Below, one piece after another: positions 20,896 to 35,500 of a stretch of DNA of 64,000 bases. Source of the stretch: Microbotryum violaceum. Its lineage: Eukaryota. The stretch is from contig CDLV01000010.1 in NCBI GenBank assembly GCA_001244265.2, positions 434,001-498,000 of the forward strand, given 5' to 3'. The translations under genes and the position numbers were made by a program. Position 1 is the first letter of the stretch. Every line of letters starts with the position of its first letter. The notes below the pieces were generated by a model. The model worked only from the letters and a program-made list of their open reading frames with translations. It was not told where the DNA came from and did not search any database.

Positions 20896-23622
20896 TCAAG
20901 AACTGCAAGAGCATTGGAGTCCCAACAACTCCTTCTTGCCCATACCGCACAACCTCCTCCTCTCTCTATCCTCGTCGCTCTCGACCTTGCATTCTCCTCC
21001 CTCGCCATCCTGAGCGACCTCGACCTCACCATAGGCCTCAAACGGTGCCTCACTCATGCACAAGACCCTCTCGAGCCCACTCAGATCCGGATCCTGATGC
21101 GCCAATCGCTCAATCGTCTCCTCCAATACCCATTGACGCAAAACAAAACGAGGGTTGACCCCGTCCATGGCCTTGCGCCTCTCACTCGGGGAAAGCTCTC
21201 CCTCGGCCGAGAGACGCCGCGCATATCGGTCGAACCAATTCGTCCAATCCACCCGCGCGTTCGTAGGGATCAGCTTGCTATCGCTGGGGAGGATTAGATC
21301 GAGGTACTTTGAAAAGGAAGGTGCCGAGTTTGAAGAGGGAAATTGGGACAGAAGGCGAATTGTAACGTGGAAGTCGAGCGAATGCAATTCCATCAAATCG
21401 AGGAGTGACGAGACGAGGTCAAAGTCACCTTCTCCCACCGTTGAGAACCCCAGACGCTGCAGGTTGGATCAAGAAAAGTCAGACACCGGATACGCCTCCA
21501 TATAAATAAAGGCGTCAAACGGCTTACCAAACGCATGAGGCGGGTATACTCGGCCATGAAGATGGTCACAAAGTCCGTCTTGACGGCCTCCACCTTTTCA
21601 TTCCCGAGCTTGCGCCACCCCTCCATCTTACTCTCATCTTCGCCCCACCCTTTCTCGGCTTGGACGTATCCAGACATTCCTTCAGTCGTGAGAGAACTTT
21701 CGGCGCCAATGAGTTCAGCAAGAGCGGTGCCGAGCTTGGTGATGGCAAAGAGACCCATCGTCGGCTGGTTCCTGTACGAGTATCGTCCGAGGTCGTCGGA
21801 ATGGTTGCATATGTGCGATGAGTCGAATACGTCCATGAAAGCGTATCTATAAAAGAATAAAGTTTGAGACCTTTAGTGATCGTGCACCTAGTAGTGGTGC
21901 AATCCAAGCCATCACTCACGGTCCATAGTCGATGCAGGCTCCATTCATCGCAACGTTGTCAGTGTTGATCACACCATGCTGGAAGCCGTAAGCTTGCCAT
22001 CCAGCAACCAAGATCGCGGTACGCCTCGATGCTTCGGTCAGCACTGCCAGCGACATCGAACGAATTCCTGCCTCTGTGGGAGCTTTTCCATCATCAAAGT
22101 CGTAGACTTGACGCCCGACGAAGTTCGAAAGCGCCAAGAGCGTGTCCCATTGTTCGCGCGTGCGTTGAATTTCAAAGTTGCCGATGCGAATCCACGAGTC
22201 CGAGACCCTCGTCACGATAGCCGCGGTCTCGATCGTCTCACGACGCACTTTGATACTCGGCAGACCGACCAGAGCAAGCGCACGTGAAGTTGGGAGCTTG
22301 AGGGCCGCAACCGCCTCGGCCCCGAGATACTCTCGGACCGAGGATCGGAGAACGGCGAGGCCGTCAGCGAAGCGAGAGTAAGGAGTCCGACCCGCGCCCT
22401 TGAGTTGCAGCTCGAGCGACTTGAACTGTAAGCCGTCGACGGCAGGTGTCGAAAGGATCGAGATGGCTCGTCCATCGCCAAGTTGACCGGCCCAGGACCC
22501 AAATTGATGGCCACCGTAGCACAGTGACCAGGGTGCAAAACCTGGTTTTCCCTCTCGTGCGAGCACGGTCTTGCCACCCAGCACGTCGACGAGTAGCTTG
22601 CGCGTTTCACTTCCGGGTTCACCGATGTCGAGTTGTGGAAGCCATTCGTCGCGGCACTTTTGCGAGATGGACAAGAGCTGCGGCGTTGGGAACTTGGCGC
22701 TCTGGCGAACTTTGGACGAGAACGCCGAACGAGTCTCGGAATCTTCCACATAGTCGGGTGAAACCTCGAACTGCGCCAGAGCGGTTTCAATCGTTCCTAG
22801 AATCGATGTATAATGAACCCAAGTTAGTATAGCATCATCGCCGGCAGCAGCAGTGACCATTGACCTTGATCACGTCGATGCTCGGTGACTTTGAAATTGA
22901 AATCGCTGAGCTCGGGGTTTGAACTAACCGGCTGTAGCCTTGGTTTCCTTGCCGACCTGTTTCTCCTGCTGCGGTTCTCTCAGCTCCTGGATATCATAAG
23001 GAAATTCGAGCGGCAAAGGGGAAACGAAAGTAAAAGCGCCTCCTTCACCGATCATCCTCGATCGACGCAACATGCTCGGCGGGATCTTGTCAACGCCGAC
23101 CTTGAGCGCGATCTGGCCACCCGCGGCAAAGTCCTGTGGGGGCTCATACGACGAGAAATCGAGCAAGGCTTGCGGCGTAGGGACGAGGGGATCGGCGGGG
23201 AGGTGGTAGATCGGTGCACGGGGTGAGATGGGTAGTCGGGAGATTGGGGTGGGGTGAGATGGAGCGGCTACAGCTGGTGCACCGGTTGGGCCGGACATGG
23301 TGACCCTTGAGATGGTGCAGGCCGAAAACTGACGGTCGAAGCGGACTACGGGCGATGACGAGAGGCTGCGATGCAGCTGCTGCACGACTGGTGGGCGGAA
23401 TCGAGCAATTGTGGCGATGGGGTTTCGCAGTGGCCAGTGGTGGAGTTGTGGCGAGACAGAAGGTAGGGGGCAGCTCGACGCCCCACAGCGCGATGACGAA
23501 ACCGGGCCCGGCAGTGGCCCGGCTGACAAATTCGCACCGATCGCGAGTCGAAGGCGTGATCTCGAAAGTTGCGATAAACGACGTTGCAATAAAAAGTGGT
23601 GTCCAGATAGATGTGAAAACAT
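20896..23622 (-). CDS. FMP40: SelO/YdiU-family AMPylase (Cys-type selenoprotein O homolog) with probable mitochondrial presequence
   Basis: YGGHQFGSWAGQLGDGRAI, LQLKGAGRTPYSRFADGLAVLRSSVRE, GFQHGVINTDN, IDYGP, NPRFVLRQW, C-terminal CSCSS. Arg/Ser/Leu-rich N-terminus; alternative start ~23298. Confidence 0.93.
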
Positions 23623-23659
23623 ATCTCAAAACGCAATACAGCACCTCAAGCTTTTTCAA

Positions 23660-26088
23660 TTACAACGTCTCGTAGGATGGCAGACCCGAATTGGCGACAT
23701 CATAATGAGCCGGAAGCTCAGGGGCTGACGAATGCGAATCCGAGTTCGTGGATCCGCCGTTTGCATGAGGGAAGGGCGAGTCCCCAACGGGGAAGGGGGG
23801 TGCGTCGTCCAGATCACCTCGGATGATTTGCACGGGTACTCGAAGCGCGTAGAAAGACGGTTGATCGAAGGGATGGATCGTCACACTGATGATGTACTGT
23901 GGCGCAAGTGGACCATTTAACCGGATCAGCAACATGAAGATCGTTCGATAAACGCCTCGAACAGCTCACTTCGAGTTCGACATTCGGCATCCTACAAGAC
24001 AGACCCATTCCTTTCCCTGGCGTAAGAACCTTCCCGTTCGTTCCTGTCCCATTACTCTGCATGTCAAAGTCGATGCGAAGATCGGCACCATTGGCGTCCC
24101 CGAGAGAGAGCATCAACACTCTTCGCTTGAGCCCATTCAGGGGCATCGTCCGACTGCGCGATAGGGCATTCTCCATCGTGTTAATGGGTGTAATCGTTTC
24201 CATAGTAGGTCGAATCTCGTCGTCGTACAGGTCCACGACCTCTCGTCGCATTTCGTCCATGTGAAACTGTGAATGGCGACTCATCTTTTCAGCAGCACAC
24301 ATCACGCAGGCGGACTGAGATACCTCACCTTGGGTCGTTCCTCACGCCCCGATCTCAACAATAGACGTCTTGACAATACGACAACGACTTGCGAAACTTC
24401 AAGTGTCCGAGCTGGAGTCGACGTCGTATCCTCTTTGGAGGGGAGGAACGAAAAGTGCAGCAAGATGGGAAGAAAAGGACTGTGGCGTGCCAACATGAGT
24501 GGCCGTCGAACGGAGGTCTGCAGGAGTACAAGAGGTAAATCAACGTCGGGTCCTCAGCGAGCGAGCCTACTCGACCTAAATAATCATACCTCAACTCGTA
24601 TCCACCCTGTTAACCTCCCCAGCTTGGACTTGATCCCCTTTCTCTTTTCAAAGCTCGTCCACATATCCCTCCCGCCAAGCCTATCCACCAGCTTGCCCTT
24701 CATGGACCGTTTCGGTCCCATATTCGACCCTCCCAATGCTTCGTCCCTCGGATATCTCCCAAACTTAGGCACGATACCCTCGGTGACTGGCCGATCATCC
24801 TCGATTTCGTCCAGATTGAGTCCATTGTACCTCGCGACCGTCTCGGACCATGCACCCGTGGCTGTGGGCCGCCAAAACGAATACAAGTCCTGTGCATCAT
24901 GATCCGAAGGCTCAAAGGGGAATACAACTCGGTGCACCTGTAGATTCGGACTGGAGCTGAGGAATCCGAACTCTGAATGTCGGCTCGCCGGATCAAAAGT
25001 TACCATTTCAAAATTGGGCAGAGAATCGTCGTCGTTCATGTCGATTGGTGCAGGAGGCACTGCCAGGTCCTCCCCGGGTTCATCGAGATCCTGGAAACGA
25101 ACGAGCACTTCAGCGATCCACTCCACTGCCACCGCTCCGTGTTGGGTCCCAGGTATGGAAGGGGTGGGCGTGCGGCGATATGTCTGCAGTTCTACTCGCC
25201 CCGGAATGCGATTGTTTAAGGAGTTCGAAGTCGATATCTGCACTGTAGTCGGCAGTGTAAAGGCGAAGGGCAGTGAATGCGGTTCGTTCGGTCGTGCGAC
25301 TGGTAATATTGGTATCCTCTGTTGTTCTTCTCCTAGCAAAGGAAAGTCACCCTCGACCTCGCGTTGAATTTCCTCGAGCTCGCCGCCGTGCCAGATTTCT
25401 CGTCCCGAGCCACCGTCGATATATGCTCGATGCCATTCGCCCTTGATCTCGTTGATGGCCGTGATCCCACCCGCACCACTCGTCTTCAGTTTGTAAAACA
25501 GACCCGTTGCTGGTTCTGACGTCTGCACGAATCGATACGCCGTGTAGACGGTGTTGCTCTGGACGTAGACGCGCACGATCACGCTTGAGATGGCCTTTTG
25601 TGAGACCCCGGGTATCGGGTCGAGTTGGATGAAGCCTGACAGGGTCTCGCCGCTTCTCCAACATCCTTCCGAGTCATTTCCAGTCCTTCCTTGATGATCC
25701 AAGTTGAGCGCGACGTTCCAACCTGATTCGTGAAATGCTGGCTGAGACGAAGACGTCGACTGCTGATCCGGAATGCCGGTCTCCGTCGCCGGTGAGATCG
25801 GAGGTTCGCACTCTATCAGCGAAACGACCTCATCTGGCAACGGGCCCGGCACGGTGGCGGCGGTGAAGAACTTGAGTGGGGGGATGTTGTTCCACCGCTT
25901 GTCCCCAGGGGATTGTCAACGATGGCGGTGCCGACGACGATCTGCGGAATGGCTTCGAATTGCTGGCTGAGGACGTTGGACCCCCTGAGCGCCGCGGCGC
26001 CTGCTATGGAGCTCAGCACAGAGTTGAGTCCAATGACCGACGGCGTCGACATGAGGTTCAGGGACATGCCCTGGGTCGGGATCGGCAT
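23660..26088 (-). CDS. Arrestin-like beta-sandwich protein, multi-exon
   Basis: GETLSGFIQL, HSLPFAFTLP, VEWIAEVLVRF, spliced NVELE-YIISVTI, C-terminal LPSY (PY-like). N-terminal ORF 25816-26088 joins through a 1-nt frameshift at ~25903-25911. Confidence 0.55.
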
Positions 26089-26628
26089 CGTGGGAGTCGA
26101 GTCAAAATACGGCCGTGGACTTGACCGAGTTCGATTTCGTCAGTTGTCAGGTGTACAGGCTGAGCGGGGTTGCCCAGTCGCCATATCCCCCGCATTCAAG
26201 GTCCAGGCTCTGGAATTGGCCCGATTACTAATGCAAGGCGTGGGGATGGCACGAGATTAAGTTAATGAAATCTATTAGATAAAAAAAAAAAAAAAAGCGA
26301 GGCCCGAATGTATTTCCCACAGCGTCAGTCGATGGCACGCCAAAGTGATCTAGGGTAGAGCTTAGATTAGGAACGTAATCCAAGGGAAGACTTATTGCTC
26401 TCCATCAAAAGCCACACCGGCCTTTCCGCAGAACATATGACGGTGACTTTATTCGCGCCGCGGATGGCTTGTCTCGACGAGTCGCGCGCTGGGCTGGGCT
26501 GGGCTGGGCTTCAGCTGGCTTCAGGGCATCGAGGCGCTGCAGCGGGAGGCACGGTTAGCCCAGCTCCTTTGCCATCAACTTCACTCATTGGACTCCGCTT
26601 CACCCTCTTGGTAACGAAGCGACACGGC

Positions 26629-29600
26629 ATGGCGTCTCGTGAGGCCAAACGCAAGCAGTTGGAAGCGCTCAAGGCGGCCAGGGCTGGTGGTGGACGTGTG
26701 TGGGAGGTAAGTGTCACGCCGGAATCTCACTGCGCGGTCGACGCGCCGGTGTGGGCGACGCGTTGCCACGGGCTCATCTACACGGTCACGCGTTCGGCGT
26801 CGGGGAACAATCACTGGACTCGTGCCTCGAACAAGATCAACTGACCATCGAATCTCACACCCATGTACAGAACAAGGAACAAGCCCCCGTATTCGATGTT
26901 GTCGACGAGGAAAGCTATCGCTCCGTCGTCAAAGGTCGTTTGGCCGAGGACGACTTTATCGAGGAGGACGGAGGCGTCACGGGCTATGCCGACAACGGCG
27001 AGGATCATTGGGATCGTAGTGATGAAGAAGGGGATAGCGATGACGAGGAGCGAGGTGAGTCTCGTTGTCCCAGGAATGCTCCACCGGCAGTAGAATTGGT
27101 CGCGACGCGTCGAGGCGCGCACGCGGCGGATCTTCACCCCCAATGGCTGACCCCCCTCCGCGATGGTCCCGAACGCTCCACCAGAACTCAGAGAGGCTGC
27201 CCAAAAGCAGAAGAAAAAGGAACGTGAGGCGAAGAAACAACAGTCGGCCGCCGCCCTCAAGCGCAAGGCCAAACAGCCCATTCTCGCTCCCGGAGCGAAC
27301 CCTTACATCAAGCCAGCCAAGGAAGAGGCCGAAGTCGACGACTTTATGGCTTCGCTCATGGGTGACCTTGATGGGCAAGAGGCCGTTGTCAGCAAACCCA
27401 AACCCAAGCCCCAGCCCGCTGCAAGCACGTCGAAGCTGGGCAGGTTCGCCAAAACGACCTCACTGAGCAGTTTGAAGCGACGCGCTGGCGCGGACGACCC
27501 CATGGGTGCCGAACGCGGGATCGCCAGAACGACCTCGTCCTCGGACGTGCATGCATCGGACCCGCTCTCTTCCGAAGCTTACTACGGGAACGGACGCGAG
27601 ACCGGCCCTTCGAGTGATGGAGACGATGCTGCAGCGGTGCTCCACGTTGTGGGCAAGAAGGCCCGCTTCAGCGAAGTCGAGCACGACCTGGGCGGAGCTG
27701 TGCAGAGTTTGGCTTTCGCGGAATCGAAGAAGGGCAATGAGATTGAGCAAGACGTTGACGCAGCCAACACTACCATCGTCAAAGTCAAAGCCGAGGAGGA
27801 CGCCGAGGAGGACGCCGAGGAGGACGCCGAAAAGGACGACGATGACTTTATCGTCAAGCCGTCAGCACCGGTGGTCAAGCCCAAAGGAGCCCCCGTGCGC
27901 CGCCAGCTCGTCAACACCAGCGCCACCAAAGCTGCCGCCGTCAAGTCCGAAAGGATCGAACTCAATATCCCTGGCTTGCCCGCCGCTCCTCCTTTGGCAG
28001 TCGATGCTAAAGCCAAGCCCAGGGGAACGGATTGGCGCACTGCGACTTCCCACCTCGCTGCGGTCGAAATGCCTGCAAACTCGATGGACGATGTCAACAT
28101 GAGCGATGCCAGCCTCGGCGACGATGCCGACAACCCTTTGCCTGTGCCTGAGTCGCTGCGCAAGGTCGTCAAGACAACCGACGTTGTCCTCGAGCAGGTC
28201 CAGAGCAAAGAAGAGGACGGGTCCCTGCGCTTTTACTGGTTTGACTACGTCGAGCCGAGCCCCGGACAACTTTGCCTGGTCGGAAAGGTCAAAGTTACGT
28301 CGGCTCAGACCGACAACAAGGGCAAAGGGGCCTCCAAAGCCGATCGATACGCCAGCGCTTGTCTAACTGTCACCGGACTCCGCCGCAAACTCTTCGTCTT
28401 GCCCCGCGCCAAAGCACTCGACATGGACGGGAACGAGATTGACGACGAGGACGGGCCAGAATTTGATGATGTCGTTGCCGATTTCGATGATACGGCCGAG
28501 TCCAAGTGGAACGTAAAGAATCTCGAAGTCGTCGGTGAGACCTGGGTCAAGAAGAAGTATTCTTTCGGTATCAAAGGTGTTCCTCGCGAAGAGACGGATT
28601 GGGTCGAGTTTGCTTCGGATTTCCCTGGTGCGTGGACAGGGACCGTGCCAGTTCTTCTCATGCGATACAGATGCTAATTTGTCGAGTCCCTCAATAGCCA
28701 AATTTGCCGTCGATATCCCTCTGAACGCCTCGGGCGAGCGGTTCAGCCACGTGTTTGGTTCCACTGCGAGCGCCTTTGAGACGTTTGTCGTGGCGAACAG
28801 GATCATGGGACCGTGTTGGCTCAACGTCAAGGCACCCGTTTACAGCGACCCGAAAAAGGCCGGTGCGACGTGGACCAAGCTCGAGGTCTCGGCCGATCAT
28901 TCTACAATCCATCCCTTCTCTGACCAGGATCCGACCGCGCCGACTGCGGCCCCTCCGCTCACGATCATGAGTCTCAGTACGCGCACGGTCGTACATATCA
29001 CCGATAACAAGCGGGAAGTCGTCTGCGCCGGTGCCCGAGTTTGGACCGATGGTGCGTTTACCTTGTCGGCAACGTCCCATGTCAGACCTGCTGACCACAG
29101 TGCATTGTGCCAACCTCTTCTTAGCAAACATCGACGACCCCACACCTCTGGAAAAGCAACCCTCGCAGATGACGAGCATGGTTCGCAACCTCTTTACCCC
29201 TTTCCCCGTTGGTTTCGAAGCCGCCGCTCGAGCGACAGCCAAGACCTCCCGAGACCGCATCATTTCATTTAAGGACGAGAAGGCGCTCTTGACCCAGCTC
29301 GTGTCGATCATCTTCCGACACGACCCTGATATCATTGTTGGGCACGACTTTGTAGCTGGCGACCTCGACGTTTTGCTCAATCGCTTGAAAGAGCTCGAGG
29401 TCGAGACGTGGTCCAAAGTCGGACGATTCCGAAGGCCCAAATGGCCCAAGCTCACCGCGGGTCGTAACCTAAAGTTGCTCGATGGTCGATTGACTTTGGA
29501 TCTTTCGAGTGACAACTCCAAGGTGAGTGTCGAAAGTTGCTGAATTTACTAAGAGACAATACTAACAGATGAATGAGTTGAAATATACAGGCCGTTATCG

Positions 29601-32251
29601 ACTCCACGACGTGGACTTTGACTGAGATGTGCAAGACCCATCTCGACATTGATCGGGAGGACATCGACCCCGAAGACACGGCTAAGTACTTTGACAATGT
29701 GCACTCGACTGCGGCGCAACTTCTTCATTTCGTACAGCACTGCGGCGCAGATTGCTACCTTCAGATGGCCGTCGCGTTCAAGGTCCAAGTCTTGCCTCTC
29801 ACTCGACAGCTCACAGTCTTTGCCGGAAACTCCTGGTAAGTGTTTCCAGCCCACTAAATGCGGTACGAGCCACCACTGGCGCTCAATTTTCTAATGTTTT
29901 GTCTAGGAATAAAACACTCGCCGGAAACCGAGCCGAGCGTAACGAGTACGTCTTGTTGCACAAATTCACGGCGCTTGGTTACATCTGCCCCGACAAAGTC
30001 GCTTCGTGGGAGAAGAAGGCCCAGATTGCCATAGAGGATGCCAAATCTAGAAAGGGCAAGAAAGGCAAGGCCAATGAGGAAGGGGAAGCTGTCGTCAAAG
30101 TCGAAATGAAGAAAGCCAAGTTCACTGGTGGTCTCGTCTTTGAACCGATCAAGGGCTTGTGGGATCGCTACGTGCTCGTGATGGACTTCAACTCGCTGTA
30201 CCCGAGCATCATCCAGGAGTTCGATATCGACTTTTCGACTATCGACTGGACTGCAGATGAGGCGCAAGATGTCGAGACTATGCCTGAGCGACGACCCTGC
30301 GAGGGCGAGCCGCAAGGCATTTTGCCGGACCTTATCGCTGGTTTCGTCAAGCGTCGTCGCCAGGTCAAGAACAACATGAAGGACAAGAACGTTTCGCCAA
30401 GCAAGATGCAACAAGTAGGTGTTGGTGCCGACTTTAGCCATGGGTAGTCATTAGCATGCTGATACACCGACCAACGCTTGCAGTACGACATCACGCAAAA
30501 AGCTCTCAAACTGACCGCCAATTCTATGTACGGTTGTCTCGGATATGAGGGGTCGCGTTTTTACGCCAAGCCGCTTGCCGCTCTGACCACGTTCAAGGGT
30601 CGAGAGATCTTGACCAATACGAAAGCCGACGCTGAAAGCCTCGGCCTCAACGTCATCTATGGTGACACCGATTCGGTCATGATTAACACGAACCAAACGG
30701 ACATCCAGGCCGCATTCAAGATCGGCAACGACTTCACAAAACTCATCAACGATAAATACAAGAAGCTCGAGATTGACCGGGATGCAGTGTTCCAACGCTT
30801 GCTGTTGCTCAACAAGAAAAAGTACGCTGCGCGCAAAGTCGAGGACGACGGTACCATCAAGACCGAAGTCAAGGGTCTTGATATGAAGCGTCGAGAATTC
30901 TGCGCGCTCTCCAAGGGTGCATCGCAGTTCGTCCTCGACTGCATCTTGTCCGGCGAGTCGACCGAGGTCGTGATCGAGCAGATCCACGAGTACCTGTCGA
31001 CACTTGGCGAGCGCATCCGTGCTGGTGTCGTCCCCGTTGACGAGTACATTATTTTCAAACGACTCGGAAAAAACCCGCAGGACTACCCCGACGCCAAGTC
31101 ACTCCCGCACGTCCAGGTCGCGCTCCGCATGCAAGCCAAAGGACAGTCGGCTAAGAGTGGTGACGTCGTCCCTTACATCTTCTGCCTCCCCGCTGATGGC
31201 GTTTCGGCCAAGAGTGCCAAAGCCGTCAACGCGCACCACCCCGATGATGTGCGACGCCAGGGCTCGATCCTCAAGATCGACTTCGAGGTCTACCTCGGTG
31301 TCCAGGTCTTGCCTCCCATCGAGCGTCTGTGCGAGCATATCGACGGTACCGAGAAGGCGCGCCTTGCCGAATGCCTCGGACTCGATGTGACACGATATCG
31401 CTCGACCGTTGATGCTCCGGAGCGCGATTTCAAGACGCTGCAGTCGCAGGTGTCTGACGCGCAGCGCTTCCGCGATGTCGAGCCGCTGCGCATTCGGTGC
31501 AGGGTTTGCGAGACCGAGTCCATTTTTGATGGCTTGATCAAGAATTCGGTGAGTGATCCACGTCCATCTATCTTTACAAAGGGTCACGAACCGCGGACTG
31601 ACCAGAGAACACGATCCCCGCAGACAAACATGGTCTCCAAATCGGGCTTCTTCTGCACCAACACGGACTGCCTCGAGCCGCTATCGACTGCCTCGATCGC
31701 TATCCAGATCGACAATCAAATCCGGGGTGCGATCGCCAAGTTCTATGAGGGCGTCATGGTCTGCGACGAACCGACATGTGGCTACAAAACCCGCATGATG
31801 AGCGTGTACGGTAAGCGGTGCCTCAACCCGGGGTTGACGTGCCGTGGAACGGTCCATTTCGAAGTGAGTCGAGGGCGACGAGCATCCAACGGGAAGCATC
31901 CTTGCGGCTGACAGAGCTCCTCCGAACTCGCTATCAGTACAACGACTTGCAGTTGTACAACCAGATCCTGTTCTTCGACACCTTGTTCGACCTCGAGCGC
32001 GCACGGACAAAATCTGCTGGCACAACAACACAGGGTACATTCGCTTAAGCTGGCTGCCAGTGTCTTCTCCAGGTTAAGTCTAACCCACAACTTTACAACG
32101 ACGTGCAGATCAAGTGAATGAGATCATGGACGCGCAGAAGCCTACGTTCGAGACGTTGCGCTCGGTGATCACCAAACACCTCGAGAAGAACGGTCGACGA
32201 TGGGTCAACATGCAGTCCTTGTTCGGGTTTATGAGCGTAGTAAACCGGTGA
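26629..32251 (+). CDS. POL1: DNA polymerase alpha catalytic subunit, multi-exon
   Basis: N-terminal [29 protein letters not shown], family-B motifs [38 protein letters not shown], and C-terminal zinc fingers. Confidence 0.97.
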
Positions 32252-32535
32252 CGAATAAAATCATCGCGTCTAATGAGTGTATGAATGTGCTTTGTTCTTG
32301 TACAAGAGCCTATTTTCTCCTTGAGTGTTGGCATGTGTTGGTCTTGCTTAGCATCTCGTTCCGTGTAATAGACCACGTACACTTTCCGCCTACTTCATAT
32401 ATCGCGAGAATGATGCCTATTTTATTTTGGCTGGCGGGAGGCGTGCCCCTGACTTGGCCGCGACGAGCTCGCCTTTCCCATCTTCCTCACGCCTGACCAG
32501 ACCAACTGCCCGGCCAGGTATATATCGCTCCCACA

Positions 32536-35500
32536 ATGAGCACACGTCAAACGCGTACAGTGCGTACATCAACTCACGATGGAACCTCTGCCACCTCCTC
32601 GGCGATCCCTTCGTCGTCAAAGCGCGGATCATTGGCCGTAGACGGTGCATCAACCGGCGCGTCGACGACCGCCCCGCGCAAGCTCGGCAGCCTCTGGGGC
32701 TCATCCACCACCGCTCAAGCGAGGGCAAGTCCAGCACCCGGAGTCAAATCAACTCCTCGACCCTTGTGGAGCACCAGCCGTGCCAACGACGTGGATACTG
32801 GCTCGGCACCGAATGCGACGCCGTCGTTGAACTCGAGACGATCGGCCTTCAGTCTCGGCGCACATTCCAAGCCCCCTCCGGCCAAGTCGAGTACGGCTCA
32901 GTCGACGGTTTCACATGTTCCCGTTCATCGTAGTAGTATGGCACCCCTGAATTCCTGTCGCCCTTCCAACGCCCCCACGAGCGGGCCCAGCGCCGTCGAA
33001 GAGCAGACCGTCGAGGCTTCGGCGCAACCCCCACACGCGCCTTTGGCCGTCGCCGATTGCGAGAAGCGAGGATTGGAGGGCTATGACCCGATACGAGAAC
33101 CCATTAAGGTTAGTGTAGCAAATTTTTCTAGGCCTCACACGCTCCCTAATTCTCCTCCTGGTGCGTCGATAGGCCTACCTTCGAGTGCGCCCCGCTCCGA
33201 CCGGAGTCCCACAGTCCGCCAATTACATCCAAGTCATCAGCGACAGCGAAGTGCTCATGACGCCCCCTGCTGACCATCGCCTCAACTCTTCGACGTCAAG
33301 TCTCTTCTCGGGTCCCCTTTTGCGTACCTCGGAAGAGGCCACCACTCCTGGCCTCGCCCCTCAGCATGCTTCCGCGCCCCTCGGGTCCATCTACAAGTTC
33401 ACCAAAGTGTTTGCACCTTCCGACACGGTCGCAGAGACGTCTCAGGCTGACTTCTTCAAGGCCACGACCCTGCCGCTCGTGCATGACTTTTTACACGGCG
33501 AGAACTGTCTGCTTTTCGCGTATGGAACGACGGGCAGTGGCAAAACGTGGACGGTGCAGGGAGAAGAAGGAGACAAGGCCGGTATCCTCCCTCGCGTTAT
33601 GGACGTCGTCTGGAGGAGCCTGGAGGGCAAGTCGAGTACCAGCAATGTGAGTCGTGTCTTACAAAATGTGAATAAAACTATTACGGTGCACGAGCTCATC
33701 TTCCCATGCTCGAGCAGCTGCGACCTTCTCGCCTCGCGGGTGTCGAGATGACAACGGAGGCAGATCGAAAGCACCCCGTGACTTGGACCCCTAGCAAAGG
33801 TCCGACCGGGCTAGGTGTCAAACCTGTATCGAGTGGTCTTGGTTCTTCGACTGCTTTGCTCGAGATTGTCAACGTCGACGACAACTTTGAGTACTCGATC
33901 TGGGCCTCGTACGCCGAGGTCTACCTCGAGAAGATCTACGACCTGCTTGAATCGCCCGTTGCGTCGCAATCGGTATCGACGTCTTCGACCGCCTCCGTGA
34001 CGTCAAACATGTTCCAAGCCGGTCTAGGTCTGTTCAGTGCCGGTGGTGCTAAGGCCAAAGCGATGGTGAAAGGGTTCCAGACGGTGAAACGCAACGCGCT
34101 CAGCCTCAAACACGACAAGTCCGGTGGCAACAAGTACGTGCACGGCATGCGCGAGGTAAGAGTCCACAGTGCCGAAGAGGCTCGCGCCCTTCTCGAAAGG
34201 GGCCAAGTCAATCGACGCGTCTTTAGTACCCTCGCCAATCGAGCTTCGTCGAGGTCCCACTCGGTCTTTACGATCAAGATCATTAAGATCCGAAAAGGCG
34301 CGAATGTAGATGACCCGGATGCTGCGACGACGAGTCGATTCAGCATCGTTGACTTGGCGGGGAGTGAGCGCGTCAACAACACGCAAGCGTTTGGAGAACG
34401 ACTCAAGGAGGCAGGGCAGATCAACAAGTCGTTGATGGTGCTGGGACAATGTATGGAGGTGTTGCGAAAGAATCAAGAACGAGGCGAGGGTCGAAAGGTA
34501 CGTTCTCTTCTCTTGATTTACGACCACCGCGCTCGACTTCCACTCACCACCTCGACAATTTATTTCCATAGCCCGCACTGGTTCCTTTCCGCCACAGCAA
34601 GCTGACCGAGCTGTTCCAAAGCTTCTTCATTGGCGATGGCAAAGCTGTGAGAGAAGCAGCCCCGCATCTCCCCGTCATACTTCGACTCACCCTACAGGCC
34701 TTTTGCTGCAGGTGATGATTGTCAACGTCAACCCCTATGAGACGAGCTTTGACGAAAATTCGCATGTGATGAAGTTCTCCGCCGTAGCCAAGGGCGTGAT
34801 GACGATCAAGAACGACAAGCCTGTAGCCGTACCTTCAACAACGGTGGCATTGACTCCACAGCAGAAAGAGCCCCGTATTGTGCGTGTTTCGATGTACGAA
34901 GGTGCGGAGGAGGAGGATGTGATCTACGAGGAAGAGGAAGAGGAAGAGGAAGCGGAAGATGATGAAGAGGACGAGTTTGTCAATGCGCTGTTGGATGAGC
35001 TGAGCACATTGAGGAAAGCTGTGAGTTCGCGCTTACAATTGTGCGGGACACTGCAGGAGAAAATGTCTGACTCTACTTTGCCACTTTGTAGCTCTTCGAA
35101 TCGCAAATGAACTCGATGCTGGTCGAATCCCAAGTTCGTGCCCGCGTCGTTCAAGAGTACGAAGCCAAGATGATCGAGATGGAAAGAATCTACGAGGAAC
35201 GCTTGCACGAGGAGGCAGAAGAGGCCGAGACGATGCTCAATGCCAAGCTCGACATCCTGACCCGACTCAACGCCACGAGTGCTCGAGTGCCTACACCAGT
35301 CGAGCATCAGCAGAATGAAGTCGGCACGCCTTCGACGACGTACGATGACTCGGATGAGGATGAGAGCATGGTCTCGGAGGATAGTCGGGGTGCGGCGAGT
35401 ACGGTCGAAAAAATGCTGTTGAGTGGTCCGGGGTCAGGACGTCGAACACCTGCGTCGCCCTCGCCGTCGCCTTCGCCTTCTCCGCTTGCTGCTCGATCGA

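Noticed and set aside
20896-20915. Possible selenocysteine in the SelO homolog
   Set aside because: The C-terminus is CSCSS with Cys codons; the TGA follows the complete motif and is the normal stop.
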